DNA of 64,000 nt from Caldilineaceae bacterium (GCA_965207495.1 OZ242287.1:2780880-2844879); one strand, 5' to 3'; shown: positions 1 to 12,371, counted from the first letter of the stretch. The notes: generated from the sequence alone by a model not told the origin. Made by a program: numbers and translations.

Positions 1-565
1 CGGCGTCGCAGGAAGCGTCCATGCCCCGCGACTGCATCTCTTGCCGGCAAGCTGTGCAGGAGCAGTCCTGGTCCTGAACTATATCGAAGAAGAGGCCGTC
101 CACGGCCGGCAGCTGTGCGAACATATCGTCCACATGCGCCTTGAGAAAATCAACGTAGGCAGTATTGAGGCACATCTTCGCATAGAAACCGGCCTCGTAC
201 GGTTTCTGGCCCTGGATGGACCCGTCCGCGGCCAGCTGCAACCACTGTGGTTCCTGCTGAGCGGTGTAGTAGTCCCACTGAACCGTCGTGTAGATAGGAA
301 CGCGTATGTCGCGGGCGTGACCGGCCTCGATCTGCTCGGCGAGCAGGTTGCACTGCAAGTGAGGGTGGCGCCGGTCCGGGTGCGACTTCGTTTCGTAAAA
401 GATCATGCCGTGATGGCCGCGCGCAAAGCAGGTAATGGAGTCGACGTGGGCCTCCACCAACTGTTGCCCCCAGGCCGCGGCGTCAAACTCGCCGCCGATA
501 TCAGCAAGCTGTTCGCTCGTATGAAAATCAAGGTGAATCTGGCGGTAGCGAAGGAAGTCGGACAT
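1..565 (-). CDS. glycoside-hydrolase-like TIM-barrel protein (GHL6 / beta-galactosidase-like family), N-terminal part; gene continues past the left edge
   Basis: Absent from the ORF track because it runs off the edge. Reverse-strand ATG at 565..563 opens a frame that stays open to position 2 (manual translation MSDFLRYRQIHLDFHTSEQLADIGGEFDAAAWGQQLVEAHVDSITCFARGHHGMIFYETKSHPDRRHP...). The RQxHLDFHTSE ... CFAxxHHG pattern is what I remember for the hypothetical glycosyl hydrolase 6 family. The listed 41..703 + ORF is its antisense shadow. Confidence 0.55.
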   Translation of the reverse strand, partial: MSDFLRYRQIHLDFHTSEQLADIGGEFDAAAWGQQLVEAHVDSITCFARGHHGMIFYETKSHPDRRHPHLQCNLLAEQIEAGHARDIRVPIYTTVQWDYYTAQQEPQWLQLAADGSIQGQKPYEAGFYAKMCLNTAYVDFLKAHVDDMFAQLPAVDGLFFDIVQDQDCSCTACRQEMQSRGMDASCDA

Positions 566-804
566 CGGCCTGGTTGCTCCTGTAGTACGGGTTGTGAGAA
601 GGGGTTCTATCTGTTCGGTTCGTGGTGTAGCGCAAAGGGCTGGCGCTTTTCAAAAGAATCCGTTTCGAAGCCCCTTGGATTTACCCAATCTGAACTTCTG
701 TGACAAGGGCAGAACTCGCCCTTTGCACCAATGAGGAAAACGGAGGGGCACTGAATTGGGGAAAGATGAGATTCAACGACTGGAAAGTTCTCTGGCCTTG
801 CCTG

Positions 805-1662
805 TTACGGGTTCCAGCAGCCCTCAGTGTAGGCTTCGCGAATAAAGAGCTTCTTACGAGCGGGGCCCGCGCGGGCGATCCATTCGCCGGGAATCTCCTG
901 CGTGTGACGGTGCGGAGGGCCCGCCTCCTTAAAGATATCTATATTGAAGATGCGATACGGTTGTGGCGAGTCTAAAGGTTTCGGTTCAACACCGTGGAAG
1001 ATGCGGGCGTTAATATAGACCAGGCTGCCCGGCGGCAATTCAAGTCGCTTCTCTCTAAGGGGGCGGCCCGCCTCCGCATCGTACTCGCCGGCAAGCAGCC
1101 TTTGGGGGAACTCGCTGGCAGCCGTCATGTCAGGCGCGGCATCCTCGGTCGGCGCAATGCGGTGGCTTCCCGGAATCACCTTCAGATTGCGGTCGCCGTC
1201 ACTAAACCCGTTGAGATAATAGAGAATCTGAACGTAATACCTGTCTCGTTCAGCAAGATTGACGGGATTCTCGTGCTTCCAGTGGTGGTGGTCCTGGTGG
1301 TAGCGGATCGGCCCGATGCCGCGCGGCGCGATGTTGAGCGCCGAATGGCAGAAGTGGTAAGCCTCCCCAATCGTGGCCGTCAGCAAATTGGTGATAAACG
1401 GGTCGTCGATGAGCTGGTCGCTATAAGGTCCGCGGTCGTTCCAGGGGCGAATGAAGAAGACTTCGGGTTCGCCGCGATTCTGTGGCAGTTGACCGACGAA
1501 CTCGCGCACCTGTTCAAGGCCCTCGATCTCATTGATGAGGGACTCCCTGGCCTGATCCGTGAAGACGTCGGGGAAAGCGATAAAGCCGTCATTATGGAAG
1601 GATTCGATGTCGGCCTCGGACGGGCCCGGTACGCGGAATAGGGTCCTAAATTCAGTTGCCAT
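805..1662 (-). CDS. phytanoyl-CoA dioxygenase (PhyH) family Fe(II)/2-oxoglutarate oxygenase
   Basis: ORF 805..1737. Start moved to the internal ATG at 1662 (MATEFRTLF), which has AAGGGGG 7 nt upstream. HQDHHHW (HxD) and a distal VIPGSHR His fit the PhyH facial triad. Confidence 0.75.
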   Translation of the reverse strand: MATEFRTLFRVPGPSEADIESFHNDGFIAFPDVFTDQARESLINEIEGLEQVREFVGQLPQNRGEPEVFFIRPWNDRGPYSDQLIDDPFITNLLTATIGEAYHFCHSALNIAPRGIGPIRYHQDHHHWKHENPVNLAERDRYYVQILYYLNGFSDGDRNLKVIPGSHRIAPTEDAAPDMTAASEFPQRLLAGEYDAEAGRPLREKRLELPPGSLVYINARIFHGVEPKPLDSPQPYRIFNIDIFKEAGPPHRHTQEIPGEWIARAGPARKKLFIREAYTEGCWNP

Positions 1663-1824
1663 TTTCTTGCCCCCTTGAATCCGAACTGTAGCATACGGTG
1701 GATACAGACACAAGCAGCAACGCTTCCATGGGCACACTCCCAGGTGGGGGTGACCCGCTGTATTCCTCTGGTATCGACTAGACCGCGTCCAGTCCCCACT
1801 TCAATCCCTGAAAGATCGCCCATT

Positions 1825-1990
1825 CACTGACCACTGACCACTAACCACTTACCCCTGCAGTTGTGCGTTCGGGCCTTCGGCCCTCCCTTGTGCGGGGGCT
1901 GCGCCCCCGCAACGCCCCGCCCTTGCTAGCGACCGTGTTCAATCTTCCCCAGCAAAGTGTCTAGCCAACAGTGTTCCCCCTTCCCGCCCT
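1825..1990 (+). repeat. modular intergenic repeat, copy A (heptamer array - CTGCAG - 58-nt GC-rich double hairpin - CTAG-hairpin module)
   Basis: 7-mers CACTGAC CACTGAC CACTAAC CACTTAC (1825-1852), then CCCTGCAG (1853-1860). The 58-nt block GCGTTCGGGCCTTCGGCCCTCCCTTGTGCGGGGGCTGCGCCCCCGCAACGCCCCGCCC (1865-1922) is identical to 48989-49046 and differs at 2 positions from 16832-16889. The following TTGCTAGCGACCGTG..CTTCCCCAGCA..GTCTAGCC resembles the 132-bp unit at 16918+. Confidence 0.85.
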
Positions 1991-2303
1991 GTCCTCCTAA
2001 TCAATCGATTCTCCGCCGGTAAGGCCAGGCCTAACCCCTGCCCTGCGTCTCTCCTCCAGCCGGCAAACAATCCCAGCCACAGCCGGCATTCTCTCCCGTC
2101 AGACCGATCCCACCCCAATCTAAGATGCGCACCGTGAATCGGCACTTGAGAAAATGCTCCATTACCTGCACAATGATAGGGTGGCGAGTGGGAACCAAAT
2201 TTGGTCAGATTCGCTGCGAAATCTACCTCAAAGCTCCTTCCAGACTTTCAGCATGGTAAAATGAGATAACTGCGCCGTCTACGTGGACAAGGGAAGTGAG
2301 ATC

Positions 2304-3926
2304 ATGACCATCAAACAACGCGCCTCCTTCTGGGCATTCGTTTCAATGGCTGCCCTGCTCCTCACCGCATGCGTTCCCTTACCCGCCGACCCCGGCATCC
2401 CGGTCAGTGGACCCGCGCCGGAAACACCGCTGATTTCGATTCACAACCCACTCGTGATCCCTATAGGGGACACTCCCTCGTCGTCAGGCGGACCGTTCCA
2501 GGATTGGCCGGCGTTCGAGGTCGAGCAGCACCGAATCAGAGTTTTCCATCCCAATCGGTGGCTCTTCTTGCCCACACAGGAAGAACTGGCTGCTCTCCGC
2601 CTGCAATTGGGCGCAGACGAAGCCGCCGCAGCCTTCTTCGAAGAGCGGGAAGGCTACGTCCAATCCCTGACACAGCCCGCCCAGGCCGAATACTTTGCCG
2701 GCGCCGGATTTCCTTACGACCCTGACTCACCGCCAATGGAAACCAACGGTTTCCACCTGCTCGCAGTACCCACCGAGGGCCGCACTCTCGAAACCTATGC
2801 CCGCAAGCTGAGCGACGAAATAGGGGCATCAGGATTGGCAGTGGTGGAAGGAATCGAGATCGGTCCTGGTCTGCGGCCGTGGGGTGAGGAAACAGCTTCG
2901 ATCCAATACAGAATTGACGGCACGCAGGCTTTCGGAAACCGGGTCGTCACAGTCCCCGACGCCGAGGTGGTCGGCTGGCGAGTGATACTGCTTTCTCCCG
3001 ATGGCGGGACCTTTCTCACAGTCACCTACGACGTATGGGGCGAGTACGCAGAGTGGGTTGAGGGTCTGCTGCGCGAGGTCGTTCGGCGAATCCAGTGGGT
3101 CGACGATCCTGCCTATCTGCCCCGCTCAGCGCCGTTGCTGACGCTCGATCACCTAATGAACGTCCGCGCGGGTCCAGGGACCGACTATCCAATCCTCGGC
3201 AAGGCCGGCGTGGGCGACCAGTTCCCCGCGATCAGCCAGCGCCCTTCCGGCGGGCCGGCCGGCGGCTGGTGGCAGATCGAGTACCGCGGTCAACTCGGTT
3301 GGCTGCACGGCGACTATGTCACCGCGACAACTGGCGCCGAAGACGCCCCGCAAGCAGACGAATCCGGCTGGCTGACATATGAGGACGAGACGAGGGGGCT
3401 GTCGCTTTCACTTCCGGCCGACTGGCGCTACTTTGACCCGGCGCGGCCCACAGAGGCCGACCTGGCCCTCCTGACCACCGCCAACAAGGTATCTGAAGAA
3501 CAGTTCGACGTTTTGGGCCTGGGTGAGATTGTATCGGACATGAGCCTCCGACGCGACGACGCCGTTATCGGTCTTGGTCTGCAGACGAGCCCGCAGGATA
3601 GTGATGCCAGCAACTTTATGCTTGTCTTCTCGTTCGCGGCTAATGGCCAAAACCTCGAAGGATACGCCCAGGCAGCCGCCGAGCAGACCTACAGCATCGA
3701 GCCAGCTGTTGTTGAACTGGTACAGGCCATGAGGCCGTCAGGCGAAGACGTGGTATCCATCCGATACGGTGAATACGCAACCAATAACGTGGTATGGCAG
3801 TTCTGGCTCCTCTCACCAGACGGCGAAAAACTCATCGCCCTTGGGTTCAACATTCACCGCGACCAAATTGAGGATCTGGAACCTGTGATTACCGAAGTCG
3901 TGAACCGGTTACACTGGATCGAATGA
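2304..3926 (+). CDS. secreted lipoprotein with central bacterial SH3 (SH3b) domain flanked by two related domains
   Basis: ORF 2283..3926. ATG at 2304 preferred (GGGAAGTGAG upstream). Signal peptide with lipobox-like LLTAC. SH3b motif LMNVRAGPGTDYPILGKAGVGDQF..WWQIEY.GQLGWLHGDYV. Both flanking halves end with related strings (..WRVILLSPDGGTFLTVTYDVWGEYAEWVEGLLREVVRRIQWV / ..WQFWLLSPDGEKLIALGFNIHRDQIEDLEPVITEVVNRLHWIE). Confidence 0.7.
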   Translation: MTIKQRASFWAFVSMAALLLTACVPLPADPGIPVSGPAPETPLISIHNPLVIPIGDTPSSSGGPFQDWPAFEVEQHRIRVFHPNRWLFLPTQEELAALRLQLGADEAAAAFFEEREGYVQSLTQPAQAEYFAGAGFPYDPDSPPMETNGFHLLAVPTEGRTLETYARKLSDEIGASGLAVVEGIEIGPGLRPWGEETASIQYRIDGTQAFGNRVVTVPDAEVVGWRVILLSPDGGTFLTVTYDVWGEYAEWVEGLLREVVRRIQWVDDPAYLPRSAPLLTLDHLMNVRAGPGTDYPILGKAGVGDQFPAISQRPSGGPAGGWWQIEYRGQLGWLHGDYVTATTGAEDAPQADESGWLTYEDETRGLSLSLPADWRYFDPARPTEADLALLTTANKVSEEQFDVLGLGEIVSDMSLRRDDAVIGLGLQTSPQDSDASNFMLVFSFAANGQNLEGYAQAAAEQTYSIEPAVVELVQAMRPSGEDVVSIRYGEYATNNVVWQFWLLSPDGEKLIALGFNIHRDQIEDLEPVITEVVNRLHWIE

Positions 3927-4605
3927 GAAGGCATTGCCCTATTGACGGCCTTCCGGGAGACGCCTGGCCAATCCTGTCCTAATGCACAAGCGGGTCTATT
4001 GCTGCCTCAGTCCGATTCGGCGCTCCTGGAGCCTCCCGACTACATAGTCCATTCTATCTCAGATAAGTGTCGAACTGGTTCCTTTAATCTTTCTGAAATG
4101 AAGTCAGTGGGACATCAATACTTATCGTTTGGATTGCAAATGGATCACTGAATCTCATCTCTCTTCATCCCAGATGCGCAGACCTTGTGAATCCACGCTG
4201 CAATTAACGCCTGCCAGACTACTAGGGCCAACCTAATCTGTCTTGTGTCAAAGCAGGCCCCCTTGGATAGAGCTGGTGGACTAGACTGGGACCGATCTAC
4301 CGGTTCCCCTTTCCGACTGGTCCAGTAGGCAGTCTCAGAAATCCTCTAACAGGGAGTTTTCCTGGCCAAGCCCCTTTCTGAGTCAGTTTCTTTCGAGAAA
4401 TACGGTTCTTAAGGCCCCCGGTACGTAAATCCTTCACCTCCATCTCAATATGTGAAGTGCGTCGTATGGTCAAGCCGTGTGACTGTGTCATATCCAGAAA
4501 CGGCTGAGCCAATCTTGCTGGCGCGCAAGTACCTCGAATTGCCCAGTCGACATATGGAGGACTACAATGCGGGAAACGAAGCTACGCTAAGGAAAAAAGA
4601 AAACA

Positions 4606-5778
4606 ATGACGACGCCTGTCGTAGACCTGTTCAAATTCGACGACCTGTTAACGCCCGCCCAGCGAGAACTTCGCGACCGGGTCCGAAACTATATGGAGGA
4701 CGTGGTCAGACCCAATATCAACGACTATTGGGAACGAGGCGAGATCGCGCTGGACCTGGCGCTGGGACTCCGCGACCTGCCAATCGTAGGCGGGACGTTG
4801 CAGGGGTACGGCTGCGCGGGTCTCGATCACCTGAGCGACGGCCTGGTCAAATACGAGATCTGCCGCGTAGATGGCTCGATTAGTACGATCTTCGGGGTAC
4901 ATTCCGGTCTGGCCATGGGCTCGATCGCTATGCTCGGCTCCGGGGAGCAAAAGGAACGCTGGCTGCCGTCAATGGCGCGCATGGAGCGACTGGGCGCGTT
5001 CGCGCTTACCGAGCCAGACCGCGGATCTGATGCAGCCCGCGTAACAACTACCGCCCGCCAAGTCGGCGATTACTACGTGCTCAACGGGAAAAAGAGGTGG
5101 ATCGGTAACGGAACGATTGCCGACCTGATTATCGTGTGGGCGCGCGACGAAGGCGGGCGCTTCGGAGGGTTCGTCCTCGAAGATCCTGGGGAATTGCCCG
5201 GCTTCTCGGCTTCGGCGATGCATGGCAAGATCTCGAAGCGGGCCGTACACCAGGCCGAAATCACGCTTGAGGATGTGCATGTTCCCGCATCCAATCGGCT
5301 CGTCAATTGCAGCAGCTTTCGGGACGTGGGAGCGGTACTGGCAAATACGCGCGCCGGCGTCGCCTGGGAGGCGGTGGGCTTGGCGGCAGGCTGTTACGAG
5401 ATCGCGCTGAAATACGCTTGCGAGCGGGAACAGTTCGGAAAACCGATCGCCTCTTTTCAGCTGATGCAGGCCAAGCTGGTCGAGATGGCATCCGACCTGA
5501 CGCAAATGCAACTCATGGTGTGGCGGCTCGCGCAGCTTCAACAGGCAGGCGAAGCGACGCCTGGGCAGTTCTCGCTGGCTAAACAGACCTGCGCGGCCAA
5601 GGCCCGACGTGCTACGGCGCTGGCGCGTGAGATCCTGGGCGCAAACGGTATCCTGATAGATAATCATGTCGCCCGTCTCTTTACCGATGTCGAGGCAACC
5701 TACACCTATGAAGGGACGAACGAGATAAACCTCTTGATCGCGGGCCGGGAGATCACCGGCATCGGCGCGTTCGTGTAA
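4606..5778 (+). CDS. acyl-CoA dehydrogenase, glutaryl-CoA dehydrogenase-like
   Basis: 390-aa ORF. N-terminal [26 protein letters not shown] and GYGCAGL resemble GcdH-type ACADs. C-terminal YEGTNEI motif typical of the ACAD family. Confidence 0.8.
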   Translation: MTTPVVDLFKFDDLLTPAQRELRDRVRNYMEDVVRPNINDYWERGEIALDLALGLRDLPIVGGTLQGYGCAGLDHLSDGLVKYEICRVDGSISTIFGVHSGLAMGSIAMLGSGEQKERWLPSMARMERLGAFALTEPDRGSDAARVTTTARQVGDYYVLNGKKRWIGNGTIADLIIVWARDEGGRFGGFVLEDPGELPGFSASAMHGKISKRAVHQAEITLEDVHVPASNRLVNCSSFRDVGAVLANTRAGVAWEAVGLAAGCYEIALKYACEREQFGKPIASFQLMQAKLVEMASDLTQMQLMVWRLAQLQQAGEATPGQFSLAKQTCAAKARRATALAREILGANGILIDNHVARLFTDVEATYTYEGTNEINLLIAGREITGIGAFV

Positions 5779-5936
5779 CACCAGAGGGTACTCGTCAGGG
5801 CTCGCAATGGCTGGCCTGGATCAGGCTTGAGAAGTGCATGTCCTTGCCACAAATGGCAGGAAGGCACTACAATTTCCACAGCGTTCCCCCACCCCAGCAA
5901 CATCGAAGTCACTGTGTAAAGCCAAGGAGCCATCGT

Positions 5937-7580
5937 ATGCTTACCGGCCTGATGATGGACTATCAGCTAACCATCGACCGCGTCCTGGAACACGGTAACC
6001 GCCTCTATCCCTACAAGAAGATTAAGACCAATCTCCCCGACGGCGCCCTGCACGAGTACACCTACAGCGACCTCTACAGGCGGGTAAAGCGCCTGTGCAA
6101 TGTGCTTGAGGGGCTGGGAGTAGAGCCGGGTGACCGCGTCGGCACATTTGCCTGGAACAACCACCAGCACGTGGAGCTCTACTTTGCCGCCCCCGGCGCC
6201 GGCGCGGTTGTGCATACACTCAACATTCGCCTCTTCCCCGACCAGTTGGCCTACATCATCAACCACGCCGAGGACAAGGTGATCTTTGTTGACGCCACCC
6301 TGCTGCCGCTAATCGAGAACGTATCGCAGCATATCCGTGGCGTCGATCATTTCGTGCTGTTCAACGGGCCGCAAGGGGGCATTGAAACGAAGTTGCAGGG
6401 CGAGGTCCACGACTACGAGACCCTGATGGCTGCGGCGAACGATGAGTACAGCTGGCGCGTGGAGGGGGAGAATCAGGCGATGGGTCTCTGCTATACCAGC
6501 GGCACGACCGGCCATCCCAAAGGTTCACTCTACAGCCACCGTTCGATGTACCTGCACACAGTGGGGTCGTGCCAGGCGGCCGCCGTCGGCGTGACCGAAA
6601 ACGATGTTGTGATGCCGGTTGTGCCCCAGTTTCACGCGATGGCGTGGGGCCTGCCCTATGCCGCCGTCAACGTCGGCGCTGACTTGGTACTGCCTGGACC
6701 GCACATGCAGCCGTCTGCGCTGGCGGAGCTGATCGAATCCGAGCGAGTCACAATCGCAGCCGGCGTGCCGACCATCTGGAACGGCCTCTATCACGACCTC
6801 AAGCAGAACCCACGCGATATTTCATGCATCCGCGCCCTGGTCGTGGGCGGCTCTGCCATGCCCCGCAGCCTGATCGAGGCCTATGAGAAGGAGCTGCATG
6901 TAAACGTGGTGCACGCCTGGGGCATGACGGAAATGTCGCCGCTGGGCACGGTTTCCAAGCTTCTAACCCACCACCTGGACCAGCCCCAGGACCAGCAATT
7001 GGACATTAAGGCTCGCCAGGGCTACCCGATTTCCGGGGTGGAGATGCGCATCGTCAACGAGGAGGGCCAGGAGCTACCCTGGGACGGGACAACGATGGGC
7101 GAGCTGCAGGTGCGCGGACCGTGGGTGGCACGCGCCTATTACAAGCTGGACGGCGGCGAAGACAGCTTTACCGAGGACGGCTGGTTCCGCACCGGGGACG
7201 TGGTCACCATCACCGAAGACGGCTTCATGACGATCACCGATCGAACAAAGGATCTGGTTAAGAGCGGAGGCGAGTGGATCTCGTCAGTGGAGTTGGAAAA
7301 CCTCCTCATGGGCCACCCACAGGTACTGGAAGCCGCCGTGATCGCGGTGCCCCACCAGCGCTGGCAGGAACGGCCCCTGGCGGTTGTAGTGCCGACCGAC
7401 ACCGAAAACCCGCCCGCAGCCGAAGAGCTGCAACAGTTTCTCGAACCGCAAGTCGCCAGTTGGTGGCTGCCCGATGACTACCTGCTGGCCGACGAGATTC
7501 CCAAGACAGGGACCGGCAAGTTCGACAAAAAGGTGCTGCGGGAGAGCTACGGCAGCGGTAAGCCAGCGTCTACGAAATGA
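5937..7580 (+). CDS. AMP-dependent acyl-CoA synthetase (long/medium-chain fatty-acid--CoA ligase family)
   Basis: ORF 5838..7580. ATG at 5937 preferred (AAGGAG 7 nt upstream, [12 protein letters not shown]). AMP-binding signature [18 protein letters not shown] and a C-terminal [10 protein letters not shown] motif. Confidence 0.85.
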   Translation: MLTGLMMDYQLTIDRVLEHGNRLYPYKKIKTNLPDGALHEYTYSDLYRRVKRLCNVLEGLGVEPGDRVGTFAWNNHQHVELYFAAPGAGAVVHTLNIRLFPDQLAYIINHAEDKVIFVDATLLPLIENVSQHIRGVDHFVLFNGPQGGIETKLQGEVHDYETLMAAANDEYSWRVEGENQAMGLCYTSGTTGHPKGSLYSHRSMYLHTVGSCQAAAVGVTENDVVMPVVPQFHAMAWGLPYAAVNVGADLVLPGPHMQPSALAELIESERVTIAAGVPTIWNGLYHDLKQNPRDISCIRALVVGGSAMPRSLIEAYEKELHVNVVHAWGMTEMSPLGTVSKLLTHHLDQPQDQQLDIKARQGYPISGVEMRIVNEEGQELPWDGTTMGELQVRGPWVARAYYKLDGGEDSFTEDGWFRTGDVVTITEDGFMTITDRTKDLVKSGGEWISSVELENLLMGHPQVLEAAVIAVPHQRWQERPLAVVVPTDTENPPAAEELQQFLEPQVASWWLPDDYLLADEIPKTGTGKFDKKVLRESYGSGKPASTK

Positions 7581-7809
7581 CGTTCAGAGATCAGGCCCGA
7601 CCCTATTCTCCTACTGACAAGCCTCTGAAATCCTTCTGCCCTTTGGTAGGACCATAGAGGACAACGTCGGACAACCCTCCTGATCCCCAGGGAATCCCTT
7701 CGAGGTCTCTTCTACCTCCAGTTGCGTGCCCACTAATCTCCGCGAGGCCCATCACCCGCGCCCTTGGCATTGCGCCCCTTGGATCATCCAGTCACCGAGC
7801 ACAGGCAAT

Positions 7810-8700
7810 TCAGTGCGCGTCCGCCCAGGCCTGACGCAGCATTTCGATGCTCTTTGGGACTGCCGTCGCCGCATTTTCTGCACCCTCCATCTCAATGGAG
7901 CAGTAGCCGCGCCAACCCGCGTCAAGCAGGATGCGGAAGACGCGCGCGTAATCGAGATCGAGCGTGTACCAGGAGCCGCCTCCGGGGTAAGTCTTGGCGT
8001 GGGCGAGGCAAACATGTGGAGCGACCCGTTCCATTGCGCCGTACATGTCCTCCTCAAAGATGAAGTTGCCCATATCGAGAATCGCCTGCAGCCACGGCGA
8101 GTCAATCGTCTCGATGATGCGGGCCATGTCTTGGGCGAACGTGGTAAGGCCCCAATGGTTTTCGAGCAGGAGAAGCACACCCCGCCGCTCTGCGTGCGGC
8201 AGGCAGCGTTCGATCGCGTCGATTACCCAGCCGAAGCCGTCATCCATGGTGACGCCGTCCCACGGCTCAACCCACCCCTTTGCCTTGATCAGATCATCAA
8301 AGCTTCCCTGCTTGCGGAAGCCCCCCGAGTTGACGCGAATCGAAGGGATGCCCATCTCATGTGCGAGGTCGATGCACTGCAGCGTGTGGTCGATGTGCTG
8401 CTGCCGAATGGCTGGGTCGTCGTGGACAAAGTCCTGGTGAATCGACAAATTGTACAAGTCTAGCCCGAGCGAGAAAGCGTGCCTTTTTAGCTTCTGCAGG
8501 TAGGCGTTCTCTTCCGATTCCATTTGACGGTGGAGGATTTCCACCCCCGAGAGGCCTAGCTCTGCGGCAGCGTCCAGCACCGATTCGATAGGCGTCTTCT
8601 CCGGCGTGAAATGCCAGTAGGAGTAGGTCGAAGTGCCGAGGCGGAGGCTGTTGTGCGATGAAACCGTCCCACCCGGCGAACTGTTTTGGCCAGCTGACAT
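7810..8700 (-). CDS. sugar phosphate isomerase/epimerase (xylose isomerase-like TIM barrel) family protein
   Basis: 296-aa ORF. LRLGTSTYSYWHF..LDAAAELGLSGVEI and LLLENHWG are typical of the AP_endonuc_2 / xylose-isomerase-like TIM-barrel family. Substrate unknown. Confidence 0.7.
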   Translation of the reverse strand: MSAGQNSSPGGTVSSHNSLRLGTSTYSYWHFTPEKTPIESVLDAAAELGLSGVEILHRQMESEENAYLQKLKRHAFSLGLDLYNLSIHQDFVHDDPAIRQQHIDHTLQCIDLAHEMGIPSIRVNSGGFRKQGSFDDLIKAKGWVEPWDGVTMDDGFGWVIDAIERCLPHAERRGVLLLLENHWGLTTFAQDMARIIETIDSPWLQAILDMGNFIFEEDMYGAMERVAPHVCLAHAKTYPGGGSWYTLDLDYARVFRILLDAGWRGYCSIEMEGAENAATAVPKSIEMLRQAWADAH

Positions 8701-8752
8701 GGCGTTTTCTCCGTTTAGATTCTGGTTCTAGCGGTTCCCGAGGAAGCGGCAA

Positions 8753-10462
<1,710 letters not shown>

Positions 10463-10522
10463 GGGATTCTCTATCCTGTTGAAAAGATGGCCTTCTTGCA
10501 CTGTCTGCGAAATCACATCTTG

Positions 10523-12286
10523 CTACCCGGCGCTGGAGAGTTCCGCGCTCCGGCTACTCTCGGACATCATTCGTAAGCTGTCCGGCGGAGAGTCGCCGGC
10601 CGGCGGCTGCGGATGATCGATTTCGGCGCCGCGGGCCGGTAACCCGCTCTCCGCACCTGGGTGATAGTTGATAAGGAAGTATTCGACGGCGTCTGAGATC
10701 GCTGTCCAGCTGGCCTCTATGATATTGGTGCTGGCGCCAACCGTTGTCCAGTTGTGCACGCCGTCGGAACTGGTAATGAGCACACGTACCGATGCCCCCG
10801 TACCCTGGTCGCTGTTGATGATCCGTACTTTATAGTCAAGAAGGTGCATACGGTCCAGGTGGGGAAAGTGACCCTGGATCGCCTTACGCAGCGCCAGCAT
10901 CAGGGCATTGACCGGCCCATTGCCCTCGGCTACCTCGTGATAGATCCGGTCCCCCACCTCAGCCTTGATCGTCGCCTCAGATGAGAGCCCGCGCCCGGCG
11001 CGGTTCGCCACCGATACGCTGTAGTCAATGAGCGAGAAGCTCGGCTGATAACCTTCCTGCGACCGGCGCAACATGAGATCAACGCTTGCTTCGGCGCTTT
11101 CAAATTCGAAGCCGACGTTCTCCAACTCTTTAATCTGCTGGAGCACCGCCCTTTCCTTCTCCCGCGACAGCCCTTCGACGCCGAACTCATCGGCCTTGAT
11201 CGCGATATTGTCCTTGCCGCTGAGCTCACTGACAAGAACCCGCGTCTGGTTGCCCAGGCTTTCGGGCTCAACGTGTTGGTAGCTGTCCACGTTCTTGAGG
11301 ACCGCGTTGACATGCGTCCCGCCCTTGTGGGCGAAGGCGCTCTGGCCGACAAAAGGCTGGTGCGCATTGGGCCGCAGATTCGCCAGCTCATTGACGTAGT
11401 GGCTGAGGTCGGTCAGGTGCGTCAGCTTCTCCTCCGAGACGACGTCATAGCCCATTTTCAGCTGTATATTTGCGACAATACTGACGAGGTTGGCGTTGCC
11501 GCAGCGTTCCCCATAGCCGTTGATGGTCCCCTGCACATGGCTGCAACCGTTGCGGACCGCCTCCAGCGAGTTGGCCACGCCGGTGTCGCTGTCGTTGTGG
11601 GCGTGGATGCCAAGGGTGACCTTCCCTTCCCCTTTCTGGCCGCCAGCCCGATCGCCGTTCCCACTTTCACGGGGGGCCGCCAGCACAGCTGACAGGTCGC
11701 GGCGCACTGCTCGCACAATCTTGCCAACTTCCCACACGAGGCTTCCACCGTTGGTGTCGCAGAGTACGACGCAAGTGGCCCCGCCGGCGATGGCCTGTCT
11801 GAGTGTCTCTACGGCATATTCGGAATTCTTCTTGTAGCCATCAAAGAAATGCTCGGCATCGTAAACCACCTCACGACCTCGGCTAGCCAGATAGGCCACC
11901 GACTCGCGAATCATGCGCAGATTCTCTTCCGGCGTCGTCTGCAGCACATCGCGAACGTGCAGGTCCCAACTCTTGCCGAAAAGAGAAACGACCGGCGTGT
12001 TCGCCTCCAGCAGCAGCTGAATCTGCGGGTCGTCAGCCGGGTCAGTGTCCCGTTTGCAGGTGGATCCGAAAGCGGTCAGACGCGCCTGTTTGAGTGACAG
12101 TTCGCTCCCGGCCCGTTCAAAGAACTCCATGTCTTTCGGATTGGAGCCGGGCCAGCCGCCCTCGATGTAGTCCACACCGAACTCGTCCAGGCGAGCGGCG
12201 ATATGCAGTTTGTCGTCACAGCTGAGCGACACGCCTTCGGCCTGAGCGCCGTCGCGCAGTGTCGTATCAAAAAGTTGGATCTTCAC
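10523..12286 (-). CDS. cimA: LeuA-family aldolase of the citramalate synthase (CimA / LeuA-related) type
   Basis: [42 protein letters not shown] and GIHAHND match the LeuA-related (citramalate synthase) subgroup. It is distinct from the true LeuA (DGEQSPG, 32633..34405) and the homocitrate synthase (REGEQ, 51700..52857). CimA versus a second IPMS needs phylogeny or an assay. Confidence 0.65.
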   Translation of the reverse strand: MKIQLFDTTLRDGAQAEGVSLSCDDKLHIAARLDEFGVDYIEGGWPGSNPKDMEFFERAGSELSLKQARLTAFGSTCKRDTDPADDPQIQLLLEANTPVVSLFGKSWDLHVRDVLQTTPEENLRMIRESVAYLASRGREVVYDAEHFFDGYKKNSEYAVETLRQAIAGGATCVVLCDTNGGSLVWEVGKIVRAVRRDLSAVLAAPRESGNGDRAGGQKGEGKVTLGIHAHNDSDTGVANSLEAVRNGCSHVQGTINGYGERCGNANLVSIVANIQLKMGYDVVSEEKLTHLTDLSHYVNELANLRPNAHQPFVGQSAFAHKGGTHVNAVLKNVDSYQHVEPESLGNQTRVLVSELSGKDNIAIKADEFGVEGLSREKERAVLQQIKELENVGFEFESAEASVDLMLRRSQEGYQPSFSLIDYSVSVANRAGRGLSSEATIKAEVGDRIYHEVAEGNGPVNALMLALRKAIQGHFPHLDRMHLLDYKVRIINSDQGTGASVRVLITSSDGVHNWTTVGASTNIIEASWTAISDAVEYFLINYHPGAESGLPARGAEIDHPQPPAGDSPPDSLRMMSESSRSAELSSAG

Positions 12287-12303
12287 GTCTCTAAACTCCG
12301 TTA

Positions 12304-12371
12304 CAATTCAGTCACTGGTTCAATTCAGTCCCTGGTTCAATTCATTCACTGGTTCAATTCATTCACTGCAG
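12304..12371 (+). repeat. 17-bp direct tandem repeat x4 ending in CTGCAG
   Basis: CAATTCAGTCACTGGTT / CAATTCAGTCCCTGGTT / CAATTCATTCACTGGTT / CAATTCATTCACTGCAG, in the ppc-cimA intergenic gap. Shares the CACTG..CTGCAG ending with the heptamer arrays elsewhere. Confidence 0.9.

Noticed and set aside
41-703. 220-aa plus-strand ORF at the left edge
   Set aside because: It is antisense to a much better reverse-strand reading (MSDFLRYRQIHLDFHTSE...) that starts at 565 and runs off the window. The composition is typical of a high-GC shadow ORF.
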